A stretch of DNA of 64,000 bases from Squalus acanthias (Eukaryota): positions 96,970,001 to 97,034,000 of the forward strand of contig CM059431.1 of NCBI GenBank assembly GCA_030390025.1. The letters run 5' to 3'. Below the pieces are notes generated by a model. That model had not been told where the DNA came from, did not search any database, and saw only the letters and a list, made by a program, of their open reading frames with translations. Below are positions 22,605 to 35,985 of this stretch, one piece after another. Positions within the stretch are counted from its first letter, which is position 1, and each line of letters starts with the position of its first letter. The translations under genes were made by a program, and so were the position numbers.

Positions 22605-24840
22605 ACGGGAATAGTGCCAGAGGACTGGTGGACAGCCAATTCTTATATTTAAAAAGGAAGATAGAACAAGTCCAGGGAACTATTGACCATTTAGCTTAAC
22701 ATCGGTGATAGGGAAGATAATGGAATCCTTATTTAGATATAATAGAAAAACATCTAGAAACTGAAAATATAATAAAGAATAGTCAGCATGGATTTCAAAA
22801 AGGAAGGTCATGCTTGACCAATCTTATTGGATTCTTTGAAGAAGTAATAGAAAGAGTAGACAAGGGTAATGTAGTAGATCTAATATATTTGTATTTTCAA
22901 GTGGCCTTCAATAAGGTACCACATAGTAGACTCATGACTAAGGTCAGAGCATGTGGAGTCAGGGGATAGGTAGTAGAATAGATAGCAAGCTTGCTACAAA
23001 ACAGAAAACAGAGTAGGGGTTAAGGGTAGCTACTAAGACGTGCAAAAGATGGGAAATGGTGTTCCACAGGGATCGGTGCTCGGACTACTGTTGTTCACAT
23101 TTACATTAACAATTTGGACTTGGGAATTGGAAGTACAATTTCAAAATTTGTGGACGACATGGAATTGAGGGGTGTAGTTAATGCAAGGAAAGAATGCAAC
23201 AAACTACAAGAGGATGTTAATAAACTTGCAGAATGGGCATGTAATTGGCAAAGAAATTTCAATATACATAAGTGTGAAGTGGTGCATTTTGGTAGGAAAA
23301 ATAGAGAGGCCACATACTGCTTGGATAAGAGCATAATAAGAGTCTAAATGGGTAGAGAAGCAAAATGATCATGGCGTCCACCATCACAAATCACAAAGTG
23401 GCAACGCGGATTAATAAGGCCATAAAAAAAGTGAACCAATCAATGGGGTTCATTTCTAGAGGGATAGAATTGAAAAGCAGAGAAGTTCTGTTAAATTTGT
23501 ACAGAACCTTGGTTAGACCATACTTGGAGTACTGTGCACAGTTCTGGTATCTATATTGGGCCAGAAATTCGGGTCTCCACGGGTGAGTACGCGCTGGGTA
23601 CTCACCCGTAGACCCAATGAAAGTGCCGGTTTCGCGCATGCGCTGGAAACCGGAACTTCCGTTCCCCTGAAGGAAGGGGTTCAGAGGTCGAACGCGTGCG
23701 CCGGAGAGGCAGCGCATAGACCTCGAACTTCGTTTTTTTTTTCCGGTTTCTCCGTGAGGGTAAGTACGGAGAAGCTGCACGGGGAAAAAGGAGGTGCAAG
23801 GCCTGCTTTTAACAAGGTAAGTGGTGAATTAAGTACAATTTAAACATTTTTTCCACAGGTTTATCTTTTTTACATACTTTAAAGAAAGGTAAGTTTATTT
23901 TTAGCACCGTTAAAAAGTGTAATTAATTTTTTCAAAAATTTAAATTTTTGTTTAAAGTAGTTAATTTATGTAATTTATAGTTATTTTAAAAATGTGATTT
24001 TTTTTAATTTATTTGAAGTTTTAGTGAGGTTTTGGGGCCGATCTCTATTCATAGATGTGACAGGTCTTCCTGTCAAATCTATGAATGAAGATTCCCTGCT
24101 CCGATTGGCTCTCCATGGCCCACATGATCCCAGGGGACGCTTGGAACTAACTGCGACCCTGGGATACGCAAGCACTGCGCACCGGCAGCTGCAGGAGGTC
24201 CAGGAGCCAAATTCCACGCAGGCCCGAAGCACAACGGCAGGCGCGCTATCCAAATGCAGGTCGGGGGCTTGCACCCGCAGGAAGCCCCCGACCCGAATTT
24301 CTGGCCCATTATAAAAAGGATATAGAAGCACTGGAGAAGGTGCAAAAAAGATTCACAAGGATGATACCAGAACTGAGAGTATATACTTATCTGGAAAGAT
24401 TGAACAGGCTAGGGCTCTTTTCTCTCGAAAAGAGAAGGCTGACGGATGACCTGATAGAGGGGTGACCTGATGGAGGTCTTCAAGGTAATGAAAGGGCTTG
24501 ATAGGGTAGACATAGAGAAAATGTTTCCACTTGTGGGGGAGTCCAACACTAGAGGTCATAAATATAAGATAATCACTAATAAATCCAATAGGGAATTCAG
24601 TAGAAACTTCTTTATCCAGAGAGTGGTAAGAATGTGGAACGCGCTACCACATGGAGTAGTTGAGGCAAATAGCACAGATGCATTTAATTGGAAGCTAGAT
24701 AAGCCCATGAGGAGAAAGGAATAGAAGGATATGCTGATGATAGGGTTAGATGAAGAGGGGTGGGAGGAGGTTTATGTGGAGCATAAACACCGGCATGGAC
24801 CTGTTGGGCCAAAGGCCTGTTTCTGTGCTGCAGACTCAAT
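22605..24840 (+). mobile_element. Old degraded CR1 LINE, interrupted by a MITE
   Basis: RT fragments (ISKFVDD, RPYLEYCAQFW, FFIQRVVRMWNALP) with many stops. Confidence 0.85.
23558..24307. mobile_element. Harbinger-type MITE, 750 bp
   Basis: Perfect 18-bp terminal inverted repeats (TIRs) GGGCCAGAAATTCGGGTC / GACCCGAATTTCTGGCCC and a 3-bp TSD ATT (23555-23557, 24308-24310). AT-rich core with GC-rich subtermini. The host CR1 rejoins on removal. Confidence 0.92.
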
Positions 24841-25095
24841 TTAACTTGATGTAATCCTTAAATGCTACATTAGAAGAGTTCCTTTAAGTACACTGATAGA
24901 TGCGGACTCAAATAACTCCATCTTGTCCTCTGATTGAAGTCTTGTTAATTCCCAATTAGAGATTCTATTTTAAATGGAAATATGTTTTTGAGAATTGCTG
25001 ATCTTGGGGCTATTTCCTTTTAAGTGAAAGGATGTGCCGGGAACTTAACAATCAGTGGGCTGCTTTTCTCATGGTCACCACTCTTTCTGGTGCCT

Positions 25096-25228
25096 GAGAG
25101 ATACAGGGACAGGGGACCCCGAGAGATACAGGGACAGGGGACCCCGAGAGATACAGGGACAGGGGACCCCGAGAGATACAGGGACAGGGGACCCCGAGAG
25201 ATACAGGGACAGGGGACCCCGAGAGATA
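25096..25228. repeat. 25-bp tandem repeat, 5 copies plus partial
   Basis: Unit GAGAGATACAGGGACAGGGGACCCC. Confidence 0.95.
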
Positions 25229-25664
25229 GAGCTGACCCGAACATAAGAGATACAGGGGGCTACACCACAAGGGGTTTTGAAAAGTAGCTCCCGAAACGAG
25301 TGATGCCCTGCACCATTCCTTTCATCAGTAAGACCCACCCAGCTCCTTTTGGCTACTTCATGCGCTTTGTAAATTGGTTTGATAGATTGCACACAGATAG
25401 GACAGAACCAATTCTTTTGTAAAATGTCACTTACTTGGGAGGAAATACTTGGGGTTTCAGTATGAAGAATATCACAGATAGTAAAACTCCACAGATAGTA
25501 ACACTCCAGAGATCATAACCACATCACTTTCCATTCACGGGGCTATGCTGCTACACCATAAGATTTCTGAAAGGTATTTGCATTTATTGAACTATATATA
25601 AAGTCTCTGGGCTCCGAGTTTGTTGAGTGGTGGGTGCACTGATGGATAGCTGGGTTTCACAATG

Positions 25665-26838
25665 TGTGAGGGTCTGGGATACAGGGAGTTAGTGTCTGGG
25701 TTACAGGGAGTGAGGGAGGGTCTGGGTTACAGGGAGTGAGTGAGGGAGGGTCTGGGTTACAGGGAGTGAGGGAGGGTCTGGGTTAGAGTGAGGGAGGGTC
25801 TGGGTTACAGGGAGTGAGGGAGGGTCTGGGTTAGAGTGAGGGAGGGTCTGGGTTACAGGGAGTGAGGGAGGGTCTGGGTTAGAGTGAGGGAGGGTCTGGG
25901 TTACAGGGAGTGAGAGAGGGTCTGGGTTACAGGGAGTGAGGGAGGGTCTGGGTTCAGAGAGTGAGGGAGGGTCTGGGTTAGAGTGAGGGAGGGTCTGGGT
26001 TAGAGTGAGGGAGGGTCTGGGTTAGAGTGAGGGAGGGTCTGGGTTAGAGTGAGGGAGGGTCTGGGTTAGAGTGAGGGAGGGTCTGGGTTACAGGGAGTGA
26101 GAGAGGGTCTGGGTTACAGGGAGTGAGGGAGGGTCTGGGTTACAGGGAGTGAGGGAGGGTCTGGGTTCAGAGAGTGAGGGAGGGTCTGGGTTAGAGTGAG
26201 GGAGGGTCTGGGTTAGAGTGAGGGAGGGTCTGGGTTAGAGTGAGGGAGGGTCTGGGTTAGAGTGAGGGAGGGTCTGGGTTAGAGTGAGGGAGGGCCTGGG
26301 TTAGAGTGAGGGAGGGTCTGGGTTACAGGGAGTGAGGTAGGGTCTGGGTTACGGGGAGTGAGGGAGGGTCTGGGTCAGAGTGAGGGAGGGTCTGGGTTAG
26401 ATTGAGGGAGGGTCTGGGTTTCGGGGAGTGAGGGAGGGTCTGGGTTACGGGGAGTGAGGGAGGGTCTGGGTCAGAGTGAGGGAGGGTCTGGGTTACGGGG
26501 AGTGAGGGAGGGTCTGGGTCAGAGTGAGGGAGGGTCTGGGTTACGGGGAGTGAGGGAGGGTCTGGGTTAGAGTGAGGGAGGGTCTGGGTTAGAGTGAGGG
26601 AGGGTCTGGGTCAGAGTGAGGGATGGTCTGGGTCAGAGTGAGGGAGGGTCTGGGTCAGAGTGAGGGAGGGTCTGGGTTACAGGGAGTGAGGGAGGGTCTG
26701 GGTTAGAGTGAGGGAGGGTCTGGGTTACGGGGAGTGAGGGAGGGTCTGGGTTAGATTGTGGGAGGGTCTGGGTTAGAGTGAGGGAGGGTCTGGGTTACGG
26801 GGAGTGAGGGAGGGTCTGGGTTAGATTGTGGGAGGGTC
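25665..26838. repeat. G-rich minisatellite with 22/26-bp unit variants
   Basis: Unit GAGTGAGGGAGGGTCTGGGTTA, with or without CAGG/CGGG. Confidence 0.95.
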
Positions 26839-27404
26839 TCCCCCCGTGTGTCACTGGGATCAGGGGCCCTCTCGGCTCAGTTGCACCTGCGCCGCTTTTG
26901 GATCCTTTAGGAATTCGCTGAGGCCTGTAATCGGCTTTGTGAAGCAATTCTTTGGCACGGCTGGCTGAGAATTCGCAGCCCCATAAGCTCTGCCATTGTG
27001 AAAAGGAGCCGGCGGCCCGGCCCGGCTCGGCTCAGCTGAATTCCAGCACTTGCTGTCTGTACAATCGCGGCCGTCCCCGGCCAGAGCCTGCATCGGAACC
27101 GCTCAAAGCAGCATTTGTCCCAGGTGGTAACACCGTCTCATCACTCACAAATACTGCAGGAATCTTCTGCTTTATTTAATCATATGTTGCCCGGGGAACT
27201 GTCACGTTTTCATGAAACTTCATTTATCTTTCCTAACATCGCTTTCAGACTGTGCACCTAGAGTTCTGTTTAAAAGATTCTGGTGTTTCAATAATAATCT
27301 TCTTTAATATATCCGATCACTTTTAGCGGCGCCTTTGCTATTCAGTAACTTCCATTAGCTGTGGGATGGTAGCAGTTTATCCGAACTCAATGCAACGCCT
27401 CCAG

Positions 27405-27680
27405 TCCCTCCCCTCTTCCCATTTCCCCCTCCCTCCCTCCCCTCTTCCCATTTCCCCCGCCCTCCCCTCTTCCCATTTCCCCCGCCCTCTCCTCTTCCCA
27501 TTCCCCCCGCCCTCCCCTCTTCCCATTTCCCCCGCCCTCCCCTCTTCCCTCTTCCCCCTCCCTCCCCTCTTCCCATTTCCCCCTCCCTCCCTCCCCTCTT
27601 CCCATTTGCCCCTCCCTCCCCACTTCCCATTTCCCCCTCCCTCCCCACTTCCCATTTCTCCCTCCCCATCCCATTTCCGC
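27405..27680. repeat. Pyrimidine-rich degenerate tandem repeat
   Basis: Recurrent CCCTCCCCTCTTCCCATTTCCCC. Confidence 0.9.
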
Positions 27681-29539
27681 TCTTCCTAGATCATTCCTCC
27701 TACCTCATCTCATATCCCCTCCCCATTGCCCCATCACTCTGATTCCACTTGTAACTTTTGGAAATTCCCTTTAAACCGCTGTAGCTAGGCCCAAAGACAA
27801 GCTTTTCTGAAACGCTTTGGCGAGTCAAAAACCCGCGGATATGATCAAATAAACAGTCCAGAGCCGGGAGAAGGACTGAACCTACAGGTCCAGCAGTTTC
27901 CTGTTTCAAGCCCTTGACTTGCACCTGGCATTTCAACTCCTTCCTGTCCAAATTCCAACCGAGTGTTGGATCGCGGCCTTAACCTGGCGGTTAATATTTG
28001 GGCCGGATTTTGCTCTCAGCGGCGAGCGAGCGGCGCCAGCAGTTCAATTGCACTTGCTGTTCCCCACAGACTTTCTATAGGATTATATTTATGGGATAGT
28101 GCAGATTGCAAATATTTTCCTTATCGATTTATTCTGTGTCTGGTGTGGGAAGATTCAAAAGAAACATGCACTTTGTATTTTATCACACATCGAAAAACAT
28201 GGTGAAAAACAACTGCCAACATTTTCGGTCTGGAATAACAGTCACCGCGCACAGCCAGAGAGACAGAGCAACGTATGGTGTGTAATTCTGCAACGGAAAC
28301 CTGCAGCAGACTCCGTCATTACCCCGGAGCCGCTGTAACTCTGCTCCTGTCTACACACCCCGTGTGATGTAATCCCTCAGTCCCGGGTCCCTTTATTCTA
28401 CTTATAAAACATCGACAACCTTTTTAAATTGAAAGTTCTACTCATTCACCAGACCCAACACCGCCCCGCACCCCCCCCCCCCCCCGTCCTTTATACACTT
28501 GGCTTTTATACAAAAGAGTTAGTTATTTCAGATAAAGTATTATTGGGAACCTCGTGCTCTTCAAAACTGCTTTGTTGCAAAGCTGTTGTCAATAGACAGT
28601 GTGCGTTTTCTATGTGAGTAACAGGTATGTAGAACAATGATCAGGAGCATTGACTTTGGTTGCAGGACCTGGTGTAGTGAGCAGAGCGCTGGAAGGGCCG
28701 AGTGCTAAGGTCATGTCAGATAAGGTAAGGCCACTACAGGCAAATTGAGAGACATTTGTTGCTCTGCCGTGATATAAAGTATCGCTCCATTCGATGGACT
28801 GAATTAGGGTTTCAAACTAAATAACATCAGCTCAGTTTTCTCATAAATACCAAGTGATTTTAAACAAAAGGAAATAAATGCTGCATTATTGAAACCTTCC
28901 AAACCATAAAAGGCACTGTGTGGAACTATTGGAGAGGGCGAGTATACGGTACACAGTAGGGTGAGTGGATCTGTGTTTAAAATCTTACTCTGTGGCTGTG
29001 ACATGTTGCGAGAATAATCGTTCAGCGAAGCGGTGGCAGTCACAACTGTGGCGCGGATAAATGCGACTTGTGTTCTCCAAACTGCACAAATGGATTTAAT
29101 GCAGAGTTAGTGGGAAACATACGGTGGATGTGGGACTCTGGAGGAGATGTCGTCACGAAGCGCTGGATTAAGAGGCTGGGACAATACGAAACATGTCAGT
29201 GTGTACTTGTATGATAAGGCTCTCACGAGGAATTTATTGGCCCAGTTGCTATTTCTATTTCTTTCTAATCTCGTTCAGCACATTCGTTCCGTGCAATCTG
29301 TCTCCATAATCTCCTGTGACAGAATCACAGCCAATAGCAGACAGTAAATGCGAGAAAACAGAAATATGCAAACGCCCGATAAAGTGCTGCTCAATACCCG
29401 TATTTAGGGCAGTGTTAGATACAGACCGCCTTTCAATAAGAAAACAACCAGCGGAGACATGTTTTAGTGGGAAATATATTGGCGAAGGGGAGATAAAGAG
29501 CATCACATGAGGATCAGGGGTTGGCCACAGGATCACTTT

Positions 29540-29824
29540 GCTCCATCTCACCGGTGCATGCTTTATCCCATCGGTGGATGCTCCATCCCACCGGTGCATG
29601 CTCCATCCCACCGGTGCATGCTCCTTCCCACCAGTGCATGCTCCATCCCACCGGTGCATGTTCCTTCCCACCGGTGCATGCTCCATCCCACCGGTGCATG
29701 CTCCTTCCCACCGGTGGATGCTCCTTCCCACCGGTGCATGCTCCTTCCCACCGGTGCATGCTCCTTCCCACCGGTGGATGCCCCTTCCCACCGGTGCATG
29801 CTCCTTCCCACCGGTGCATGCTCC
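29540..29824. repeat. 20-bp tandem repeat, about 14 copies
   Basis: Unit CCGGTGCATGCTCC(A/T)TCCCA. Confidence 0.95.
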
Positions 29825-32800
29825 CTATTCTAGGCCGCCGGAACGAGACAGCTCTGTTCCCTGTCAGTTGTGAGGCAGGACCCAGAGATGTTGCCTTTAG
29901 GAATATTCAGTACAACATTTGATAACCGAAATAACCTGGCGAAGGAAGTTCGCCGTTTAAGCAAACGTTTGTGAAAGGGATTCTTTGTGATATTCTGAGA
30001 GAAGATATCAAACTACAATAAAACAGGATGCGAATTATAAATCCAACATGTAACCAACTCGAGAAAAGGGAAAACAACAAATGGGAGGCGAGGAAAGTGA
30101 CCTCACATAAAGAGCCAGTGTGGCACGGTTCTGGGGATCTCTCCTGCATTGTCGCAACTACTGTTCTCCTGTCTGACTATTTTGTAAAAGGCACTCCCGT
30201 TCCCTTTGTACACATTCAGTACCATTGTAGTTTTAACCTATTTAAAACTTTTGCAAAACATTCATAAGCTCAGTGCAAATCTAACAAGAAATACCAGCAC
30301 AGAATCCACTGTCAAATCACTCGCTCGGACAATATTTTGATATTTTGCCATATCTAATAAAATAAAATAATTTCAGGGAAGTTGTCACGTTAACTTCCTT
30401 TGTGTATTTGCTATTATAAGCGTTCTGTTTCACTGAGCGGCGGATTGTGATGAAATGCACCAGGCAGAGGAGCTGAAAATCACCGCAAACAGACTTGAGG
30501 AGAGCTGGGGATTATTTCCCTTCTACAGTGGGAGTTTCAACTGTTGCGATGGGGGAAACGGCTTTCCTCTCTAAGTGACTAATACTGGTTTGCACCGTTA
30601 CTCACTGTTAACCCTCGAGATACCGGCTATCTCTTTAGTACACTGAGATAATAACGCCGAGAAAACTCCTGAATTTATAGGCAAGTTCATGAAAAGTAGA
30701 TGTATAGCTTGCTTTCTCTCCGTATCTAATAGGAGCACAAAGAGCAGTCAGTGATGTAATACAGGCAAATATTCAGGGCATCACTAAATGAAGACACGCA
30801 CGGGTAACAGACCGAAACAAGTAACCGCCTAACCCGCATGTTCGCTGGGAACTGCAGCCCGGTGTGTGTGAGCAGAGCTGGCACACCACCAGTTACAGTG
30901 AGCCCCGTGTCTCCCTGTGCGCTACTCTCCCTGTCCATCTCTGTTCCATTTTAATCAGCCGACGTTTGTTGGGTGGATTTATGCTACAACTTTACCCTCA
31001 CCGAGAAACAGTTTCCACTGGCAGCAATCGCAGAAAAACTCGGTAGTGTCCGACCCCGTGGAGAAGCGATGAGAGGGGTCGCGGGAAACGGTCTCACAGC
31101 CCTTGGGTTTGACTCAGTGCTCTATCAAACCTGGCTTCAAAAGTCTTCATAAGAACATAAGAAATAGGAGCAGGAGTCGGCCATATGGCCCCTGGAGCCT
31201 GCCTCGCCATTCAATAAGATCATGGCTGATCTTCCACCTCAACTCCACTTTCCCGCCAGATCCCTTGATTCCTTTAGTGCCCAAAAATCCATTGATCTCA
31301 GCCTTGAATATACTCAAAGATTTAGCATCCACAGCCCTCTGGGGTAGAGAATTCCAAAGATTCACAATCCTCTGAGTGAAGCAATTCCTCCTCATCTCAG
31401 TCCTAAATGGCCGACCCCTTATCTTGAGACTGTGACCCTTGGTTCCAGGTGAAACAGCCTCTCAGCATCGACCATGTCAAGCCCTCTAAGAATTTTACAT
31501 GTTTCAATGAGATCACCTCTCATTTTTCTAAACTCCAGAGAGTATAGGCCCAATCTATTCAATCTCTCCTCATAGGACAGCCCTCTCATCCCAGGAATCA
31601 ATCTAGTGAACCTTTGTTGCACTCCCTCTAAGGCAAGTATATCCTTTCTTGGGTATCATAGAATCATAGAATGGTTACAGCACATTCGGCCCGTCGAGCC
31701 CATGTTGGGTTTTTTGGTAAGGAGACCAAAACTGTGCACAGTACTCCAGGTGAGGTCTCACCAAAGCCCTATATAATTGCAGCAAGACTTGCTTACTCTT
31801 ATACTGCAACCCCCTTGCAATAAAGTCTAACATTTCATTTGCCTTCCTAATTGCTTGCTGTACCTGCACGTTAACTTTTCCTGATTCGTGTGCAAAGACA
31901 CCCTAATCCCTCTGAATCCCAACATTCACTAATCCCTCTCCTTTAAAAATATTCTGCTTTTCCATTCTTCTGACCAAAGTGGATAATTTCACACTTCCCC
32001 ACATTATACTCCATCTGCCACCTTCTTGTCCACTCACTTAGCCTGTCTATATCTCTTTGCAGCCTCTTTACGTCCTCCACTGTTTACTTTCCCACCTAGC
32101 TTTGTATCATCAGCAAACTTGGATATGTAACACTTGGTCCCTTCATCTAAGTCATTGATGTAGATTGTGAATAGCTGAGGCCCAAGCACTGATCCTTGCG
32201 GCACCCCACTAATTACACCCTGCCATTCCGAAAATGACCCGTTTATTCCTACTCTCTGTTTTCTGTCCATTAACGAATCCTCAATCCATAAAAATATTAT
32301 CCCCAATCCATTTCATAAAACTATGTTGTCTCAGCCTAATCATATTGTGATTTTCCAAATGCCCTGTTACCACATCCTTCATAATGGATTCCAGCATTTT
32401 CCCTACTACTGATGTCAGGCTAACTGGCCTATAGTTTCCTGTTTTCTCTCTCCCTCCTTTCTTGAACAGCGGGCTTACATCTGCTACGTTCCAATCCACA
32501 GGGACCTTTCTAGAATCTGGGCAATTCTGGAAGATCAAGTCCAATGCATCCACTATCTCTGCAGCCACCTCTTTTTAAATCCCATGATGTAGGCCATCAG
32601 GTCCAGGGGATTTGTCAGCTTTTAGTTCCATTAATTTTGCCAGTACTTTTTCTTTACTAATATTAATTACTTGAAGTTCCTCATTCTCATTAGACCCATG
32701 GTTCCCCACAATTTCTGGTATGTTCTTTGTGTCTTCTACTGTGAAGACAGACACAAAATACTTGTTTAATGTCTCTGCCATTTCTTTATTCCCCATTATA

Positions 32801-32885
32801 ATTTCTCCTGTCTCTTCCGCTACGGTTCCCACATTTACTTTCACTAATCTCTTCCTTTTCACATACTTGTAAAAGCTCTTACAAT

Positions 32886-35222
32886 GGCCGTGAATTTGTG
32901 GTTGGTATGACGGCGTGCTCTCAGAGTATGCTGTCATACTGAACTTTGAAATTGATCGCAAGTTTGGGGGTTCCACATGCGCTAAATCCTGAACTTGCGA
33001 TCTGTCAAGTTCTGACTGCGCATCGGCTTCGCTGCATGTTTCACCCACACATTCAAATCAGCGTGCTGGCGAATATTGGGCTAATTGCCCACCTACTGCG
33101 CATTACTTACCCTGAAAACTTTTGTCTGGTGCAAACAGGCGCAGGAGCATGGTTTTATGAAAGGGAAATCATGTTTAACAAATTTGCTGGAGTTCTTTGA
33201 GGATGTAATGAGCAGGGTGGACAAAGGTGAGCCAGTGGATGTGGTGTATTTGGATTTCCAGAAGGCATTCGATAAGGTGCCATATAAAAGTTTACTGCAT
33301 AAGCTAAGAGCTCACGGAGTTGGGGGTAATATATTAGCATGGATAGAGAATTGGCTAACTAACAGAAAGCAGAGAGTTGGGATAAATGGGTTATTTTCCG
33401 GTTGGCAAAATGTAACTAGTGGGGTGCCACAGGGATCGGTGCTGGGGCCTCAACTATTTACAATCTACATTAATGACTTGGATTAAGGGTCCAAGTATAA
33501 TGTAGCCAAGTTTACGGATGATACAAAGATGGGTGGGAAAGCAAGTTGTGCAGAGGACTCAAAGAACCTGCAAAGGGATATAGACAGGATAAGTGAGAGG
33601 GCAAACATTTGGCAGATGGAGTATAATGTGGGAAAGTGTGAGGTTATCCACTTTGGCAGGAAAAATAAAAAAGCAAATTATTATTTAAATGGAGAGAGAT
33701 TACAAAATGCTACAGTTCAGAGGGACCTGGGGGTCCTTGTGCATGAAACACAAAAGGTTAGCATGCAGGTACAGCAAGTAATCAAAAAGGCAAATGGAAT
33801 GTTGGCCTTTATTGCAAGGGGGTTGGAGTATAAAAGCAGGGAAGCCCTGCTACAACTGTACAGGGTATTGGTGAGACCACACCTTGAGTACTGCGTACAG
33901 TTTTGGTCTCCTTATTTAAGGAAGGATATACTTGTATTGGATGCAGTTCAGAGACGATTCACTAGGTTAATTCCAGAGATGAGGGGGTTGACTTATGAAG
34001 AAAGGTTGAACATGTTGGGCCTATACTCATTGGAATTTAGAAGAATTAGAGGTGATCTTATTGAAACATATAAGATACTGAAGGGGCTCGACAAGATAGA
34101 TGCAGAGAGGATATTTCCCCTCGTCGGGAAATCTAGAACTCGGGGGCATAGTTTCAGAATAAAGGGTCACCCTTTCAGAACTGAGATGAGGAGGAATTTC
34201 TTCTCTCAGAGGGTCGTAAATCTGTGGAATTCTCTGCCCCAGAGAGCCGTGCAGGCTGGGTCATTAAATACATTTAAGGTGGAGATAGACAGATTTTTGC
34301 AAGATAAGGGAGTGAAGGGTTATGGGGAGTGGGCTGGGAAGTGACTTTTGAGCCCAAGATCAGCCATGATCTTATTGAATGGCGGAGCAGGCTCGAGGGG
34401 CCAAGTGGCCTATTCCTGCTCCTATTTCTTATGTAAGGGGAGGGGGGATGAGAAAGTTATAATAATTGGTGGCTGCTGACTGACCTGTTGAGTTTTTCCA
34501 GCATTTTCTGATTAAAAATTTACTGGCTAGGCATCTTTTCGTGTGTCAAGATCTTTCCCGATGAGTTTTTGAACCCAAAATTAAGCACAGTAAATACCAG
34601 CAATCGGCACTCTATAGATTGGATATATTGGTTTAAGGGCAAAGTTTTTGCATACCGATTAATACTCAACATATTACAATTAAAAAAACTACTGATTTAT
34701 AGAAACATTTTGTACTGGGGTTTGCTACTTTATGGGCACATTTCAAGTACTGGAGCATCTAATCTAATACTGAGTGGGTAAGAATCGTATGTCTAACAAA
34801 TGCAGTATTATTATTTACACATAGTTATGAAAGATGTTTGATCAAATGTATATCTGGCATAATTAAAATATATATACCTAGCTTTTTAAATCCTTTCAAC
34901 CAACATTTTCAATTAAAAATGGCTATTAAACGCTATGTAGATTGTAAATATGTCAGTAGAAGACTTCTGTCCTCTATTGACATATATTTACAATCCTCTT
35001 TTAGCAATCTCCTCTGTTTCCTGATTGGCTCAGAGTCAGGAAGTGAAAGGAACATACATACAATGGTGCGTCCCTGGGATCCGTGGGTTACTACGCTGCA
35101 CACAACTCTGCAGTGTCTGAAAGCAACTTCACGAAAGGGGATTTGCACGAGGTAAGTGCGGATTTCCTTCGGATGTTGGCAGTGTACTCCTTAGCTATGC
35201 CGCCGACTGCGAATTCAGGGCC
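32886..35222. mobile_element. Old non-autonomous TIR element (Harbinger-like) containing a nested CR1
   Basis: Left end GGCCGTGAATTTGTGGTTGG compares with the reverse complement of the right end, GGCCCTGAATTCGCAGTCGG. The flanking CR1 halves rejoin across it. The TSD is not clean. Confidence 0.65.
33146..34434 (+). mobile_element. 5'-truncated CR1 LINE
   Basis: RT ORFs 33085..33486 and 33529..34344; 3' end CCTGCTCCTATTTCTTATGT. Confidence 0.92.
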
Positions 35223-35834
35223 ATAATATTTTTATATTTTTTTGCTAGTTTACTCTCATAGTTTACTTTCTCCCTCTTTATCAATTTCTTGGTCATCCTT
35301 TGCTGATTTTTAAAACCCTTCCAATCCACAGGTTTATTACACTTTTTGGCAACATTGTAAGCCTCTTTTAATCTAATACTATCCTTAACTTCTTTAGTTA
35401 GCCATGGTTGTACCACTTTTCCAGTGGCGTTTTTTCTCAAGAGTATGTATATTTGTTGAGAATGATGAATTATTTCTTTAAATGTTTGCCATTGCTTATC
35501 TACCATCACATCGTTTAATCTAATTTCCCAATCAATCTTAGCCAACTCATCCCTCATCCCTCCGTAATTGGCTTTGTTTAAATTTAAGACCGTAATTTTG
35601 GACTTAACCACATCACTCTCAAACTTAATATGAAATTCCATCATATTATGATCACTCTTCCCCAGAAGAACCTTTACTATTAGATTACTAATTAACCCTG
35701 TCTCATTATACAATACTAGATCTAAAATAGCCTGTTCCCTATTTGGTTCCTCGACATATTGTTCAGGAATAGTGTTCTTTTGGGCTTCCAGGTACTTAAA
35801 AGATACTTGGAGTTGATTAAGTTGAGACTGTAGG

Positions 35835-35965
35835 GCAGTTGTTATGTCACTGGACCAGCAATCCAGAGAATGTAGGCTCAAATCCCACCAGTCCAAAACT
35901 TTGAATTCAGTTCAAAATTTAAAAAAGAAAGATAGCTGGTATCAGTAAGAGTGACTGTGAAGCTC
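35835..35965 (+). mobile_element. Deu-type SINE fragment (SacSINE1-like)
   Basis: Degenerate tRNA-like head (..CACTGGACCAGCAATCCAGAG..CAAATCCCACC) followed by TGAATTCAGTT...AGCTGGTATCAGTAA...GACTGTGAAGCT. Recognised from memory of the family. Confidence 0.5.
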
Positions 35966-35985
35966 ATCCCAGGAATGAATAAAAA

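Larger units (their letters stand above)
31147..35760 (-). mobile_element. CR1 LINE in two pieces (31147-32885 and 35223-35760)
   Basis: ORF2 fragments 31147..32885 continue at 35223 (..ESKLA/..CKSFYKYVK). A small CR1 tail is nested at about 31655-31705. Confidence 0.85.
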
